DNA of 64,000 nt from Monocercomonoides exilis PA203 (Eukaryota; Protista; Preaxostyla). Of this stretch, positions 50,418 to 63,402 are shown piece after piece; position 1 is the first letter of the stretch, and each line of letters starts with the position of its first letter. The notes under the pieces are model-generated. The model worked only from the letters and a program-made list of their open reading frames with translations. It was not told where the DNA came from and searched no databases. The stretch is from assembly GCA_001643675.2 (NCBI GenBank), contig LSRY02000062.1, forward strand, positions 310,001 to 374,000, given 5' to 3'. A program made the translations under genes and the position numbers.

Positions 50418-52319
50418 CCATTGGTAGAAAATCAGGTAAGTGGTGGAAAACCCGGTAGTTGATCACTCGAAATAGTCAGTTTTTTTCAAATTTAAAGCCA
50501 TCTCAATTCATTTAAAATATATTATTTTTGTTTTGGAAGATGTTTGTGAATATCAAATTTTATGTTTGTAAAAAAACTTTTCGAAATTCGTTGAGAATAT
50601 TTTTTTCTATAATTTGATCTAAAGCATTAAAATATAAAAATCATACAAAAATCTCAGCTGCAGTGTGCTGTTCATATCTGCCGAAAATATTTTATTAAGC
50701 TATTAATAATAAATTGTATTTCTATATTATACAACTATCATATTTTGTGAACGGGGACGCCAGATACATGTTTTGATTGGAACTTGCATTTTTGGAAGTC
50801 AAACATTTCATATGCAAGCTAACAGTTTGTTATTTTTTAAATGTTGTGCACTTTATTATTTTTTGCTATTCTCTTAGTTAAAAATCCAAATTCCTGCTTT
50901 TTAGCTACTTTGACGATTGCATATTTTCATTTGAGTTTATCAGTGTTAAATATATCATGACGTTAACAATTGAACAATATTGTGTAGAAAATACTAAATT
51001 CTTGAGATTATCCAATTTTTAAAACATCAAAATAAGTTGATTCTGATATTTTTGACTTTTATCATTTTTTATAATTTGACGATAAGTTTGTAAAATGTTT
51101 GTTTCAAGTTCCAATTTTATCTGTAATTGTTGTCTTATGTTATGACGTTGTTTTGGAATTTAATTTTAAATTTCATATTTCGTTTGTGATAATGATTTGA
51201 CAAAAGATATTGATTTGTTGTTTTTCACAGAATCGTTTTATAAACAAAGTTTTCATGCAAGTTCTAAAGAATATCGAACAAAATTGTGCAATATTTATTA
51301 ACTATTTCAAATTTTAATTTATTACAGTTTTTGCAGAATCTGATTCATCTACAAATAACTTAAATTTATCAATCTTGAATTTTTAAATGCAACATTGAAA
51401 TTTTGGTTATCACAAACAGGTTTTAAAAAGATAATAGGTTGATTCAACATATTGCCATTGTTATTTGAAAATTCATTGAAAAGTCTCAAATTTTGTGAAA
51501 TTATAATTAAAGTCAAACTTAATCGAATAAATAAAAAATTTCATTTGTATAAAAAATAACAACTCAAAAATCATTAACAGGATGTCAACAATGTTGCATA
51601 TGTCAATCAAACACAGATAAAATTGGAACTTGAAACAAACATTTTACAAACTTATCGTCAAATTATAAAAAATGATAAAAGTCAAAAATATCAGAATCAA
51701 CTTATTTTGATGTTTTAAAAATTGGATAATCTCAAGAATTTAGTATTTTCTACACAATATTGTTCAATTGTTAACGTCATGATATATTTAACACTGATAA
51801 ACTCAAATGAAAATATGCAATCGTCAAAGTAGCTAAAAAGCAGGAATTTGGATTTTTAACTAAGAGAATAGCAAAAAATAATAAAGTGCACAACATTTAA
51901 AAAATAACAAACTGTTAGCTTGCATATGAAATGTTTGACTTCCAAAAATGCAAGTTCCAATCAAAACATGTATCTGGCGTCCCCGTTCACAAAATATGAT
52001 AGTTGTATAATATAGAAATACAATTTATTATTAATAGCTTAATAAAATATTTTCGGCAGATATGAACAGCACACTGCAGCTGAGATTTTTGTATGATTTT
52101 TATATTTTAATGCTTTAGATCAAATTATAGAAAAAAATATTCTCAACGAATTTCGAAAAGTTTTTTTACAAACATAAAATTTGATATTCACAAACATCTT
52201 CCAAAACAAAAATAATATATTTTAAATGAATTGAGATGGCTTTAAATTTGAAAAAAACTGACTATTTCGAGTGATCAACTACCGGGTTTTCCACCACTTA
52301 CCTGATTTTCTACCAATGG
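50418..52319. mobile_element. 1.9 kb non-autonomous fold-back element with 707 bp terminal inverted repeats and TA TSD
   Basis: 50418-51124 is the reverse complement of 51613-52319 (equal lengths, no mismatch at the positions I checked). TA at 50416-50417 and 52320-52321. 488 bp spacer, no ORF. Confidence 0.92.
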
Positions 52320-52662
52320 TATTTGGAGAAAAAATATTTTACGAATAATGATTAACTTTTTTTTAAAGAGGAACACTAATCGCATTATCTGGAAGATAAC
52401 ATCTTCATCAAAAAAGTCAATTGATTTGTCTTTTTACAACGAATTCTTTTTATTCAAAATATTAGGTTAACTTTTTCATTTTCAAACATTCATGTTATAA
52501 ATATACAAATTATGGTTGACATAAACATTCAGATATATATTTAGATTCACATTTATACAAATAATGCATGTGGGTATCTATAAAGCTAAACAACAACAAA
52601 AAAGAAACTTTTTCTTTGTTTAACATGTTTAAAATTTAAACAAGAACAAAAAATTAATGATT

Positions 52663-54480
52663 TCAATTGTCTTTCTTAAATCTTTCGTCTTCCGCTCGAT
52701 AAGAAATATTTTCAGATCTTAAATGCTCTTTTTTCTCAATTTCTTTGGTTGAAGCTCTTTCTCTTTCTTTTTCCCGATATTTTTCCTGATCCCTTGTTCT
52801 ATCTCTATCGTTAACTATTTCTTTATCTTTTTCCTTCACTTCATTCCCCCTCTCTTTTTCCTTGGGCTTATCTTTTCTTTCCTTTTCCTCTCCCAAATGA
52901 TGTCGTACCTCAGCAGCTACGAGTCGAAGATCATCTTGACTGAGTTCGTGAAGTAATGCAAACACTGCATAAAGCACATTGTTTGTCTGTCTCTTCTTCG
53001 GCTCTGCGCGAATCTTGCGTTTTTCTTCAATTGCTGCTGAATGAACAGGTGCTGGGTTCTGCTGTTGCTTCAAAGCAGGTGACCTTTCATCGTTTGATGT
53101 TGGCGAATGATGAAGCGGAGGATCAGAACGAGTTTTCTTTGACTGATGCTCAGAATGAGGAGCTTGCTGTGAGCGATAGGGAGAAGAGCTGGAATCTCCA
53201 TGGTGCTTCTCTCTTTTGTGAGGCAAATCTCCAACTGATACATGGCACTCCTCATCTGAATCCGAGTATCCTTCAACAGACAAGTCTCTTCTCCTCATGC
53301 GCCGATGCGAACCTTCCTGCCGATATGGTGACGATTCACTTTCAGAAATTCTTGAACGCGGTGATACACCAGAATCATTCCAAGCATCACTTCTTCTGCT
53401 TTCTCTGTCTCTTTCCCTTTCCAGCTCGCGCTTCCTTTCTCTTTCTTTCTCAATTTCTCGTTCCCTTTCTCGTTCCCTTTCCCGTTCCCTTTCCCGTTCC
53501 CTTTCTCTTTCTCTTTCTCTTTCGCGTAATTTCTCTCTCTCTTTCTCTCTTTGCTGTTGTTCTCTTTCTCGTCTTCTGGCTTGTTCTTTTTCACGCACTC
53601 TTTCCGCTTCTTGCTGACGCCGTGCCTCTCGTTCCCTTTCTCTTTCTTTCTCTCGTTCACTTTCTCTTTCTTGATCTCTGTCCCAGTCCGAATCCAATTC
53701 ATAGTTTTTGTGATTATCAACAATTCTTTCACTTTCTCCATCTCTTATTGAAGGTGACATGCGCCGTTCATCGATAAGACCTCTATCCAAAGCTTCTCTT
53801 GCTTTTCTTCTATCCTCGTCTGTGATATCATGCTTATCAAGCCTTTGAAGCTGAGGAAGATGAATGATAGTGTATTCCAGAAAATATGGCAGAGATGCAA
53901 TTGGATTATCTTCTAACCATAAAATTGTTAAATTTGGTAAATCCTGTTTAATATTTCAATATGAAAACAAATGTCTTTGAATAATAAGCAAACAATGAGA
54001 TAATCTAATTGCGAAAGATTAGAAATTTCGTTCTTTCGAAGATATAATTCTTTCAAATGTCTGCAATTCACTAAATCTTTCAAGGTTTCAATTTTATTAA
54101 CACTGAATTAAAATTCAAATGCATTCAAATTCAATTATGTGAATAAAAAGTATTTATACCTCAGAGATGCAACTTCAACATTTGGCATTTTCTGAAAGAC
54201 AGATATCTATTTTAAATTTAGAATTTGAAAAAAAAAGACGCATCAACAATATTTAATTGGAGGGATTAAAAAAGCATTAATACATCGGATATTTGCCTGC
54301 CCCAAAAATTCACATTTTTGACATGATCCAAAGAATCAACTCTTGTTGCTTGAAGCTAATAAAAAAATAATAGACAAATAAAATAACATTATCTGCAAAT
54401 GAAGTTCATTACAAAATTTATTTGCATACAACCATGCTTTCTGTTAAAGCATTCATTCCCCCAGATTTGAGTTCTGTCAT
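52663..54480 (-). CDS. CFAP410: Cilia- and flagella-associated protein 410 (C21orf2 homolog) with RE-rich linker
   Basis: Spliced N-terminus LTESMVLQATRVDSLDHVKNVNFWGRQISDISVFQKMPNVEVASLSVNKIETL...LKELYLRKNEI...LWLEDNP...LPQLQRLD (LRR plus LRRcap), and C-terminal domain NNVLYAVFALLHELSQDDLRLV. Confidence 0.88.
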
Positions 54481-54650
54481 TTGATATTATGAATACAAAT
54501 AAATATTTCTATGTTGGTTTAGATCTAATAAAAGCAAAGTTTTTATTCAACAAAAATAATATTATTCTCAATGTTTTTCAAATAAACAAACAAAAATAAA
54601 ATTAGCACAATAATAATAAATACAAAATATTAAATATAAATCTACAATGG

Positions 54651-56118
54651 TTATTCTTCTGAAAAATATGGATGATTCAATGCATCTTTCACAGAAATAC
54701 GCTTTGAAGGATCATACACAAGCATTTTCTAAATGCATATAAAGATAATTATGGATATTACTGTGCTAAATTTATATTTAATTTTTTGTAAGTCACACTT
54801 TCAGAAGATCAACTCCATTTGGTGATAAATTTGGACAAAGTTCGGCAAAATTCTTTGGTCTCCACTGAGGGAAAACTGGACGCCAATCAGGAAGCCCTCG
54901 AACTCCAGGCCAAATTTCTTCGTTTGGCGTACCACAAATCCTGTTGAAAGTGATTCATTCGTTTTAAAAACATCAATTATTTTTTATGTATTCAAAAAAT
55001 ACACAGAAAAGAAATTCAGCAAACTGGAATATTTTATAGAGTTGATCAATTTCGGAATCTCCTTTAAAAAAAGGCTTGCCATTCGACATCTCAGCAAGAA
55101 TGCATCCAATTCCCCATACATCGACAGGAAGTGAATACATCCTGCTTCCAAGAAGAACCTCTGGGGGTCTGTACCATCTGAAATAAAAGATTTACAATTG
55201 CTCGAATTATTTAAAAAAAAAAGAAAATTTCAAACAACGTGACAATTTCATGTGTATATGACCGAACCGGAATGGAATACATTCTCGCAAGCCTATCATT
55301 ACGCAAATAAATAAAGAGTTTTGTAATGTTAATGTGAATGAAGATTGCATTTTTAAAAGGAAATACCCAAAATCTCCAATCTTAATATTTCCAGCTTTGT
55401 CAATAAGCAAATTTTGAGGCTTTAAATCTCTGTGCATCATTCTCCTTGAATGACAATAAAACATTCCTTGCAAAATTTGACGAGTATACGACTTCCAATA
55501 AGAAAATGATTATCCAAAAAGCATCAACTCACTTTTTCATTCAAGAAACTTTCAAAGAGCATACTCTTACTAAACTCTGAGATAAGCAAGGAGTTCCAAG
55601 ATCATTGAGTTTTTCCATGTATTGTTTAAGGTCGTGCTCCAAAAATTCAAATACCAAATATAAGTTGCATCCCTGATGAATAATATCAAGAAGCCTTTCA
55701 TGATCAAGAAGAAAAGTTAAAATATTAAATAAAAAAAAATACAACTGTTTAAAAACATCAAACATGTTCTTAAAAAACGAAAAACCTTATAATGTTAGGA
55801 TGATTTAATTCCGTCAAAGCTGCGACTTCACGAATTGCTGTCGATGGAACTCCTTCCTCTTGTGTCTCAAGGCGTATCATTTTTAATGCAACGAACTCAC
55901 CAGTTGAAATGTTTCGTGCTTTATACACAATACCATATGTGCCTTCTCCAACCTTTCCAATTTTCTGATATCTGTATAATCATATGGAAAAAAAGCCACC
56001 GAAATGAAAGTTGTCAAAATAAATCATTTCCTCCAATTTTTGAAAATAAAAAACCAAAAAGAAAAAGCAATGGTAATTTTATATGATACATGTCATACTT
56101 ATCTAATACACTTTTCAT
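54651..56118 (-). CDS. CDK1: Cyclin-dependent kinase, CDK1/2 (PSTAIRE) type
   Basis: MKSVLDK|[76 protein letters not shown] introns. Confidence 0.92.
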
Positions 56119-56612
56119 AAATAAGCACCCTTTATCATGCAAACAAATTTTTTTTCTTATGTTAATCGATTTAAAAAACTTCATTATTCACTGTTTTCAA
56201 TCAACTATTCGCTTTTAATGCTTCTTCAAATTCCAATTATTGAACATAAAAAATATTTTATAAAATATTACAGAAAAAAGTCATGTGCAAAGGATAATTT
56301 GCAAATACTCAAATGGAATTATAATCCTTAAATGAAATGGCCCAGGCTGAAACGCAGCAAATCAAGAGTACATATATGTTATTAATTAACACAAAAAGCG
56401 TAACTCAAAAGATGAAGTGATAAATGATTGAAAATAATGATTATCAAATAATCTGCTTCAAGAATTTTGTCAGCGACACAAAATATTTTGCATAATTTCC
56501 AATAAGCTTGTCACAAAAATTGAAGAAAAAACAACAACGATTTTCAATTAGAATTAAAAAAAATCAGTAACATTTGCTTTTCGCTTTTCAATAATAATAT
56601 CAAAAAATTGTT

Positions 56613-57346
56613 TCATGTATCTAGAGTCACCATTTCGGTTGTAATTCTAACATCGTGCGAAAGATCGGCTGCTGGTTGTGCCATTGGGAGCCTAAGCTGA
56701 TTTTGTTTGATGTTGTCTGATGAAACGGTTCCGAGAACAGAATGAACAAGAGAAGACTGCAACAGAGGATTTATAAATGTTGAAGAAAGATAAGTGTTCA
56801 CTGCCCCAGCAAGGCGATTTGCCTCTTCTGCATTCAAAATAGAAACAAAAGTTTTCACTTCTTCATTTGTCTTCACAATTTTCAATCCAAATTTATTTCC
56901 TTCTCCATAGGTAAGAATTCCACCAAGATCTTTAAAAGGATATTTGTACTCAATAACTCTTCTTTCACACAAAAAGCAGCGATATATTGGGCTGTTATAT
57001 GATGTAACCGTGAGTGTTTGCAACTTAAAATCAGCAACAACATCGTATTTTACACTTTTAACAGATAGAATAATTCCGCAAATAAGCATAATTATAAATA
57101 AGACGCTGAATACAGGAATCATCCATCGATTCTTGGTTATTGATCCAACAATAATTGGAGGAATCATTAGTATAGATATGACAAACATAACAAAACCAAA
57201 AATCCAAGAGAATTGTCCTAAAATATAAAAAATTTTAAAATCTTGTAATCACAGTGGCTTTTCAAATTTTAATGCAAACCTTGAATCATTATTTGCCCAA
57301 GATTATTATCGTTATCTGATGTGTATCTTTTGTCAGGCTTTTTCAT
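56613..57346 (-). CDS. Hypothetical two-TM membrane protein
   Basis: ORF 56613-57188 with two hydrophobic helices, plus an upstream exon from ATG 57346 via a GTTTGC...TTTAG intron. Confidence 0.6.
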
Positions 57347-57604
57347 CTGAATAGTTGAAAAAAATAAATATTAGTATAATTTCAAATGTTTCAGTTTCGC
57401 AAATGGCAGAATAAATGAAATGTTGCAAGATTAGAGAAAAGATGAAGTGCTCGCAAACTTTTAAACGCTCAACTCTAATTGTTGTAAAACAACAAACAAC
57501 TTAAAATTGAGTTAACAATTTTTCTCAATAATCAGATTTTATTAGAAATAAGATCAAAAAATTATTATCGATTTCAGGCGATCGTACAGGAAGTCTATAA
57601 AAAT

Positions 57605-58159
57605 ATGGCGTATTACATACGAACAATCATTAATTTATGTCATGGCAAATTTTTTGTTCCAAAAATCCCACTTCTCAGCAAATATACATGGAAGAGTCGT
57701 GTAACAATTTTTGATGTTGACAAAACGTTCAATGTGAATGATATTGGATACTTACAAATTGCTGAGCAAGCAAGATGGTCATGGTCTTGCAACGTTGGGT
57801 TGTTAAAAATTCTGTCGGAAAAGAAAATAAATCCTGTAGTTTCACTTCTTTCGTGCAGAATTCGCGAGCCACTTCGCATATTTCAAGCATTTACCGTAAC
57901 TTCAGAAATTGTGCATGTTGACGAAAGAGGTTTTTATGTGTTTCATAAAATAACTTCAAAAGATAAAGTTACAGCAACACTTTTATTAAAGCTTCAACTT
58001 GTTGCTAAAAATGGAATTGCTAGCCCAGTGAAGCTCATGGAAGAAGAAAATAAGATGGAAAAACTTCCATTTTTAGAAGTAGGAACACAAGGAGGAGATG
58101 CCTTAAGAGTGTTTTACGCACTTGAATCTTATTTACTTGATAAGCCTATTTTCTTTTAA
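57605..58159 (+). CDS. Hotdog-fold acyl-CoA thioesterase-like protein (THEM6/4HBT-like)
   Basis: SRVTIFDVDKTFNVNDIGYLQIAEQARW resembles the D-x-D-x3-HMNN-x-xY motif. Also CRIREPLRIFQAFTVTSEIVHVDERGFYVFH. Intronless. Confidence 0.7.
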   Translation: MAYYIRTIINLCHGKFFVPKIPLLSKYTWKSRVTIFDVDKTFNVNDIGYLQIAEQARWSWSCNVGLLKILSEKKINPVVSLLSCRIREPLRIFQAFTVTSEIVHVDERGFYVFHKITSKDKVTATLLLKLQLVAKNGIASPVKLMEEENKMEKLPFLEVGTQGGDALRVFYALESYLLDKPIFF

Positions 58160-58340
58160 TAGAAATTTTATTATTATTTGCAATTTTAGTTTGGCGTAAT
58201 TCGTGTTAAATATTTATTCATAATTTATATGTATTTGAAGAACCCAACACTTACTATTTTGATCTTTTGATCAGCATTTGTTGAGAAAATAGTTTTATAA
58301 AATTTTCAGCAAACAACTTTTACTTTATATAAACAAAAGA

Positions 58341-61300
58341 ATGTCTATTGAAGATCCACAATTTTATCAAAATCTTGCACTTAGATTTAACATTAAGCCT
58401 GAAGAAATTTCTCCTGACGAACCTTTTCAGATTTTTTGGCGTTTTCAGAAAGCTCATTGGTTTTATATTGATAAAGTACTTAAAGAAAGGAATCAAGTTG
58501 TTCATTCAAATCTTCTACATTTTGCATTGGATATTTGTGGTGCATGTGAATCATTGCAATCATTTTATTCCCCAGATGAAATACGTAATCTTTACGCTGA
58601 ATTTGAAAAATATTTAAAGAAAATTCCAGTTTACGGATCCATTTTAATTAATCAAACATATGATCGATGCCTTGTTATCAGGGGAATGCATTCAGATAGA
58701 TATGGATTTCCAAAAGGAAAAATTGAAGAAAAAGAAGATCCATTGGAATGTGCTGTTAGAGAAGTTCTAGAGGAAACTGGATTAAATATAGGGAAATATA
58801 TATTAAATCCTCAAGTTAAGTTTAGCATTAACAGACATTCGAAACCAGTGGAATTATTTGTTGCTGCTGGAGTTCCAGATACGTTACCCGTTGCTCCACA
58901 ATTTGAAGGGGAAATCGAAGAAATTTCCTGGATGCCAATTTCTAATTTGCCTTTGTTTTCTTCAGACTCTTCATATCTTATTTTTACATTTGAAGCATCT
59001 GATCTTGCGTTGTGTGTAGTGTTTCGTTTCTTTTTCTGTAATTGATGAATATAATTATTTTTTAGAAAATTCTCTAAGTGGTTCTCATCAAAAAGGAATT
59101 CGATAATTCCAGCTCATCTTCCGCCAATAACTCCAGTGAACAAACTCTCGTCTTATCTATTTGTTGATGAAGCCGGAAAAAATGCAAAGGAAAAACGAAA
59201 TTCCGAGATTAAACTTAGAGAAAGTGAAGCTCAATCAAATCGTTCAAAATCAACAATTAACAAGTCATTACATCAAAAACAGAATGATGATTTGAAAAAG
59301 GACGAGCTCACATTATTTGAACTTCTATCCCAAGCTGCAACAGCGAAGCAAGCGAAAACTTCAACACAAACATCACAAGGACGAGCGCTATCAACGCCTG
59401 CTTCTTCGTCATTACTATCTTTTTCTGCTCAGAAAACTGCATCGTCGGCATCTTCAAGTGTGGCAGCATCTGCATCTTCTTCAACTTCTTCTTCTTTAAT
59501 GCATTCATCGACTCCAACAGAATCGGACAAATCGAAGACGAAGCACTTATCTTCTTCTGCTTCAGCAGGAAAGCAGATTTTGACAGAAAGCCATAGAGCT
59601 GCTAACAATTCTACCGGAGAATTATCAGATGGTCCCTCTCTCATCACTGCAAAGGCAAATGCGCTTCTTTCTTTTCTGAATGCATCTGCAAAATCATCGC
59701 CTAATGCACAAAAGGAAGTTAAAGAACAAGAAAAACGGATGAACTTGAAAGGTTCGATGCCAAGTGAAAAAACCAAAGACGAGCCATTCTCAGGCATCAA
59801 CTCTTCCTCTTCTGATCATTCATCTCACACTGCTTCTGTTTCGCATACGCTGTTGACTTCGACTGAAAAAGTGACAACTGCAACAAAAGCCACAAAATCT
59901 TCATCGTCCGCTGAAGACGCACAAAAACAGAGAAATAACAGTCCTTTATCTTCTGTTGCTTCTTCATTGAGCATCTCTTTTACAACAGCTGCATCTCATC
60001 AGACTGATCCTCAAAATCAATTAAGCAGCTCTTCCACGGCAGAACCTAAAATTGCATCCAAAACAAAAAATGCTTCAAAAACAAATGTCAGCGCTGTTGT
60101 TACCTCTGTTGCATCTGCAGCATCTCAAACAGCAGGAAATGCAATCACCGAAAAGCAATCAATTGTGCAGAAGCTGTCTTCCATAAGCACATCATCTTCG
60201 ACTGCTTCATCGAAACCTAACAATTCAAGTGCAAATGCAACTGAGGCTTCTTCTTCATCTTTGCTTTCGTTGTTGCACATTGAAGAGCAAGAAAACCATG
60301 CAAATCAAGTGGAATTGGCGAAGTTAGAAGCAAATTCGTTGTCTCATTTGAAAGCATTGACTAAAGAAACAACAATTGCAAAAGCGAATCAGAAGTCTGT
60401 GAAGGATTCTAATAAAATGAAAAACCCTCTTGCAAAAGCAGAGGCAGCTGCTTCAATCACTCCGTCTGCTGCAAATGCAGCACATCCGAAGAATACTTCT
60501 GAAATGATTAATGTTTTGGATCTACTCCGTTTGTCTCTCTCCCAACAGGCAGAAGGAAATAGCGAATCTGCAGACAAATCTCGAACAGCTGCTGTTTCTG
60601 CAACAGGATTAAAAATACCACAAAAAGATGTGAAAGATCAGCAGATTGAAAAGGAAGCGAAATTAGCTTTGTCTATTCAGCCTCCTTCGTCAACTTCTTC
60701 TGTTCCTTCAGCTGCTCAACTTCAGCAACAGAAAATTCAACCGCAGAAGAAGGGGCACATGCAATCACAGCCTCAATCATTGCCTCAAAGCTCAACAGCA
60801 GATGCATCTCGTGTTCCTGTTCCAGAACCTCGTCCAAAGCGCCTTATTCAACCAGTCCGGACACAAACAGCCGCAGAAAGCACCCAAAAAAAATTGATGG
60901 ATGTAAACAAATTCAAATTGAACATTGGAATTTCAAATGAGACAACAAATTCTCCAATCTCAACATCAGATTCAAGACAAATAGCGCAAATGGCGCCTCA
61001 AAATGTAGATACGCCGCAGAAAAAGCAACAGAATAACACAAAACAATCGCAAAAAGGGAGTAAGACACAGAAAGAAAATCATTTGCAGAATTCATTTTCT
61101 TATAAACCAGTCAAAAGACTATCAGCTGCAGATTTAGTGAAAGACTTTCTCTTGTCACGTTCGCCATCATATTCCTTTTCTCTTCCTTCTTTCACGCCAC
61201 CGAAAAGGAAAGCCAACCCAAAATCATTTTCAGACTTTTATGAAAGAATAAAGAAATCATCTTTGGTTAAATCTTCATTGCCATTGCCTTCATTTTTGCT

Positions 61301-61451
61301 GCCAGTCGAACCAATAAATATTCCTGTTCCTATGATATCAACTCATCAAATGGAAAGGGTTGTAATCCCTCCATTAAGAAAATACACTGAGCAGTTTTGT
61401 TCAACTCAATTTTTATTGAACTCTTCGCAGCGATCTGCAAGTATTAATTGA
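58341..61451 (+). CDS. DCP2: mRNA decapping enzyme DCP2 (Box A plus Nudix) with long disordered C-terminal region
   Basis: LALRF...FQKAHWFYID (Box A), YLKKIPVYGSILIN..DRCLVIRG...GFPKGKIEEKEDPLECAVREVLEETG (Nudix box). An intron at about 59012-59065 joins this to the 59136-61451 ORF. Confidence 0.9.
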
Positions 61452-63402
61452 GATGTTATTTGGATGGATTTCTCAAAAATTAGAACTTGTGTTGATTGTT
61501 CCATTGTTCCTGTTCATTAAACATGTTCTCTATTCTAATTGGTTAGAATAACGAATAGTTGACTGCTTTTGTTGGATAGTTTTGGAATACAAGGTATTAG
61601 TATTGATCCATCATTAGAAGCAAAGCGATTGTATCATAGTTGTAAATGTTGAATGAAGAAAAAAAAGAGGGAAGAAAGAGACAGAAAACAACACAAATTT
61701 TTGTGATTAATTTTTTGTTTTTCTTCAATGCTTCTTTTTGCAAGAAATTTGGATTTTAGAGCCTTTCAAAATGTTAGTTGCTGTTAAACTTTTGATTTTG
61801 ATTGAAATTTTCGTTTATATTTTTAAGTGAACAACTTTATAATTTTATCAAAGCTTTGCCAATAATTTGAATTGTTACTTCTATCTTTATTTTACATGTT
61901 TGCTTCGTATGTTCTATGACTACCAGATGGTATGGATTAATCAAGCGATTTGACTTGAATTTGTTGGTTTTGTTCTCAAATTTTGCCTTTTAAGAGTTTA
62001 TAAATTATTAAGGGGAAAAACAGAAAGATGATTGATTTAATTTTTTGTTAATATATTAAGTATTCAAAATAGCATAAGAATATGTTTGAACATTATTATA
62101 ACGGATTATATTCAAATTCAAATTTTGTCTTGATCAAAGTTTTTTTGTTTTTTTGTGAAAAACGTGAAAAAAGAGTGAAAAGAAAAGAAGATAAGAAAGA
62201 AAGAAATGATCAAGTGAAAGAAAAAGAGAGAACTTGATTTTTAAATTACGATTTTTTATTTATTCGATTAAAAAAAAAGAAGAAACAAGAAGATAGAAAG
62301 ATAAGCAAAAACACTTTTTGAAGTGAACTCCTTTTTGTTGAATGTTAAACTGGGAGATTATTTGTAAAATCAAATTTCTACAGTCAAATAGTTCGGTTTT
62401 CGAAACCACTTTGAATGTTTAAAAAATGAACACAGAAAAGTTTTAACACGCAACAAAAAAATATTTTTTCATTAATAGAATGTCAAACATCGTGTTTTAA
62501 AACAATTATTGTTTTTTCTTTCTTTCTCTTGAATAAATAACACCTCTCCAAAGAAATGGAACATTTGCAGAATTAACACTCCTAAAAAAATTTATAATTT
62601 CAAAAAAAAATCACTCAACTGAAACATGGAATGACATAAAAATTATTCTTTAAAAAAAGGTTGTTCTCATGATTGCAAGAATTATTTTGTGCAATTATCA
62701 AAATCATAATTATTAATATTATTTTCGATAGAAAAAAAGTCGTTTTTGCAAATAATAATAGTTCAAATTAAACATGTGTTACTTTATGACTATTGACAAT
62801 TAAAAAATTGTTATTGACGGACGTGATTTTCATTATCGCGTCAGGTCCTTATTATAATTAAGAATATTAAACAAATAAAACAAATGTGATTTATTAAACG
62901 ATGGAACAAGTTATTCTAAACATTTATTGTAAAAATAAAAGAACTTTTTGAATTGTCTCAAATAATCAAAATTGAAAAAAATATTTTAAATAAAAAATTT
63001 TCATTAAGGTTCAGTGACAGCTCAGTTTATCTGTGAATTAATTGATCAACAGACGGTCAGAAATGTCAGTGGAAAATGATCCGTCAGGAGTTGCAAGAAA
63101 AGTCCACTTTGATCCTGCGATATTATCATTTGAAGAAGTTTTTAAAGAAATTCTTGAAAAGAAGGAGATCGTTTGTTTATTTGAAACAAATGTCTTTTCT
63201 ATTTTGAAAATTTTTATTTGAAGGAGAAACTTTTCAAATTCCATTCTGAACAATTGAAAAAGTGTGGCTGTAAGTTTATTCAACTGGAAAAGCTCTGTGT
63301 ATCAAAATATGGACAAGGTTTGATGTTTTTCAAGAAAATGTGAAGTTCTTTCTTTGTGAATACATAAAAGTTTTCAAGCATCCACGTTTAAAAGAAGAAT
63401 AC

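Noticed and set aside
1-54480. Functional clustering of ciliary genes (TTC25, prominin-like, CFAP410)
   Set aside because: They are separated by unrelated genes, and flagellar genes are numerous enough for this to be chance.
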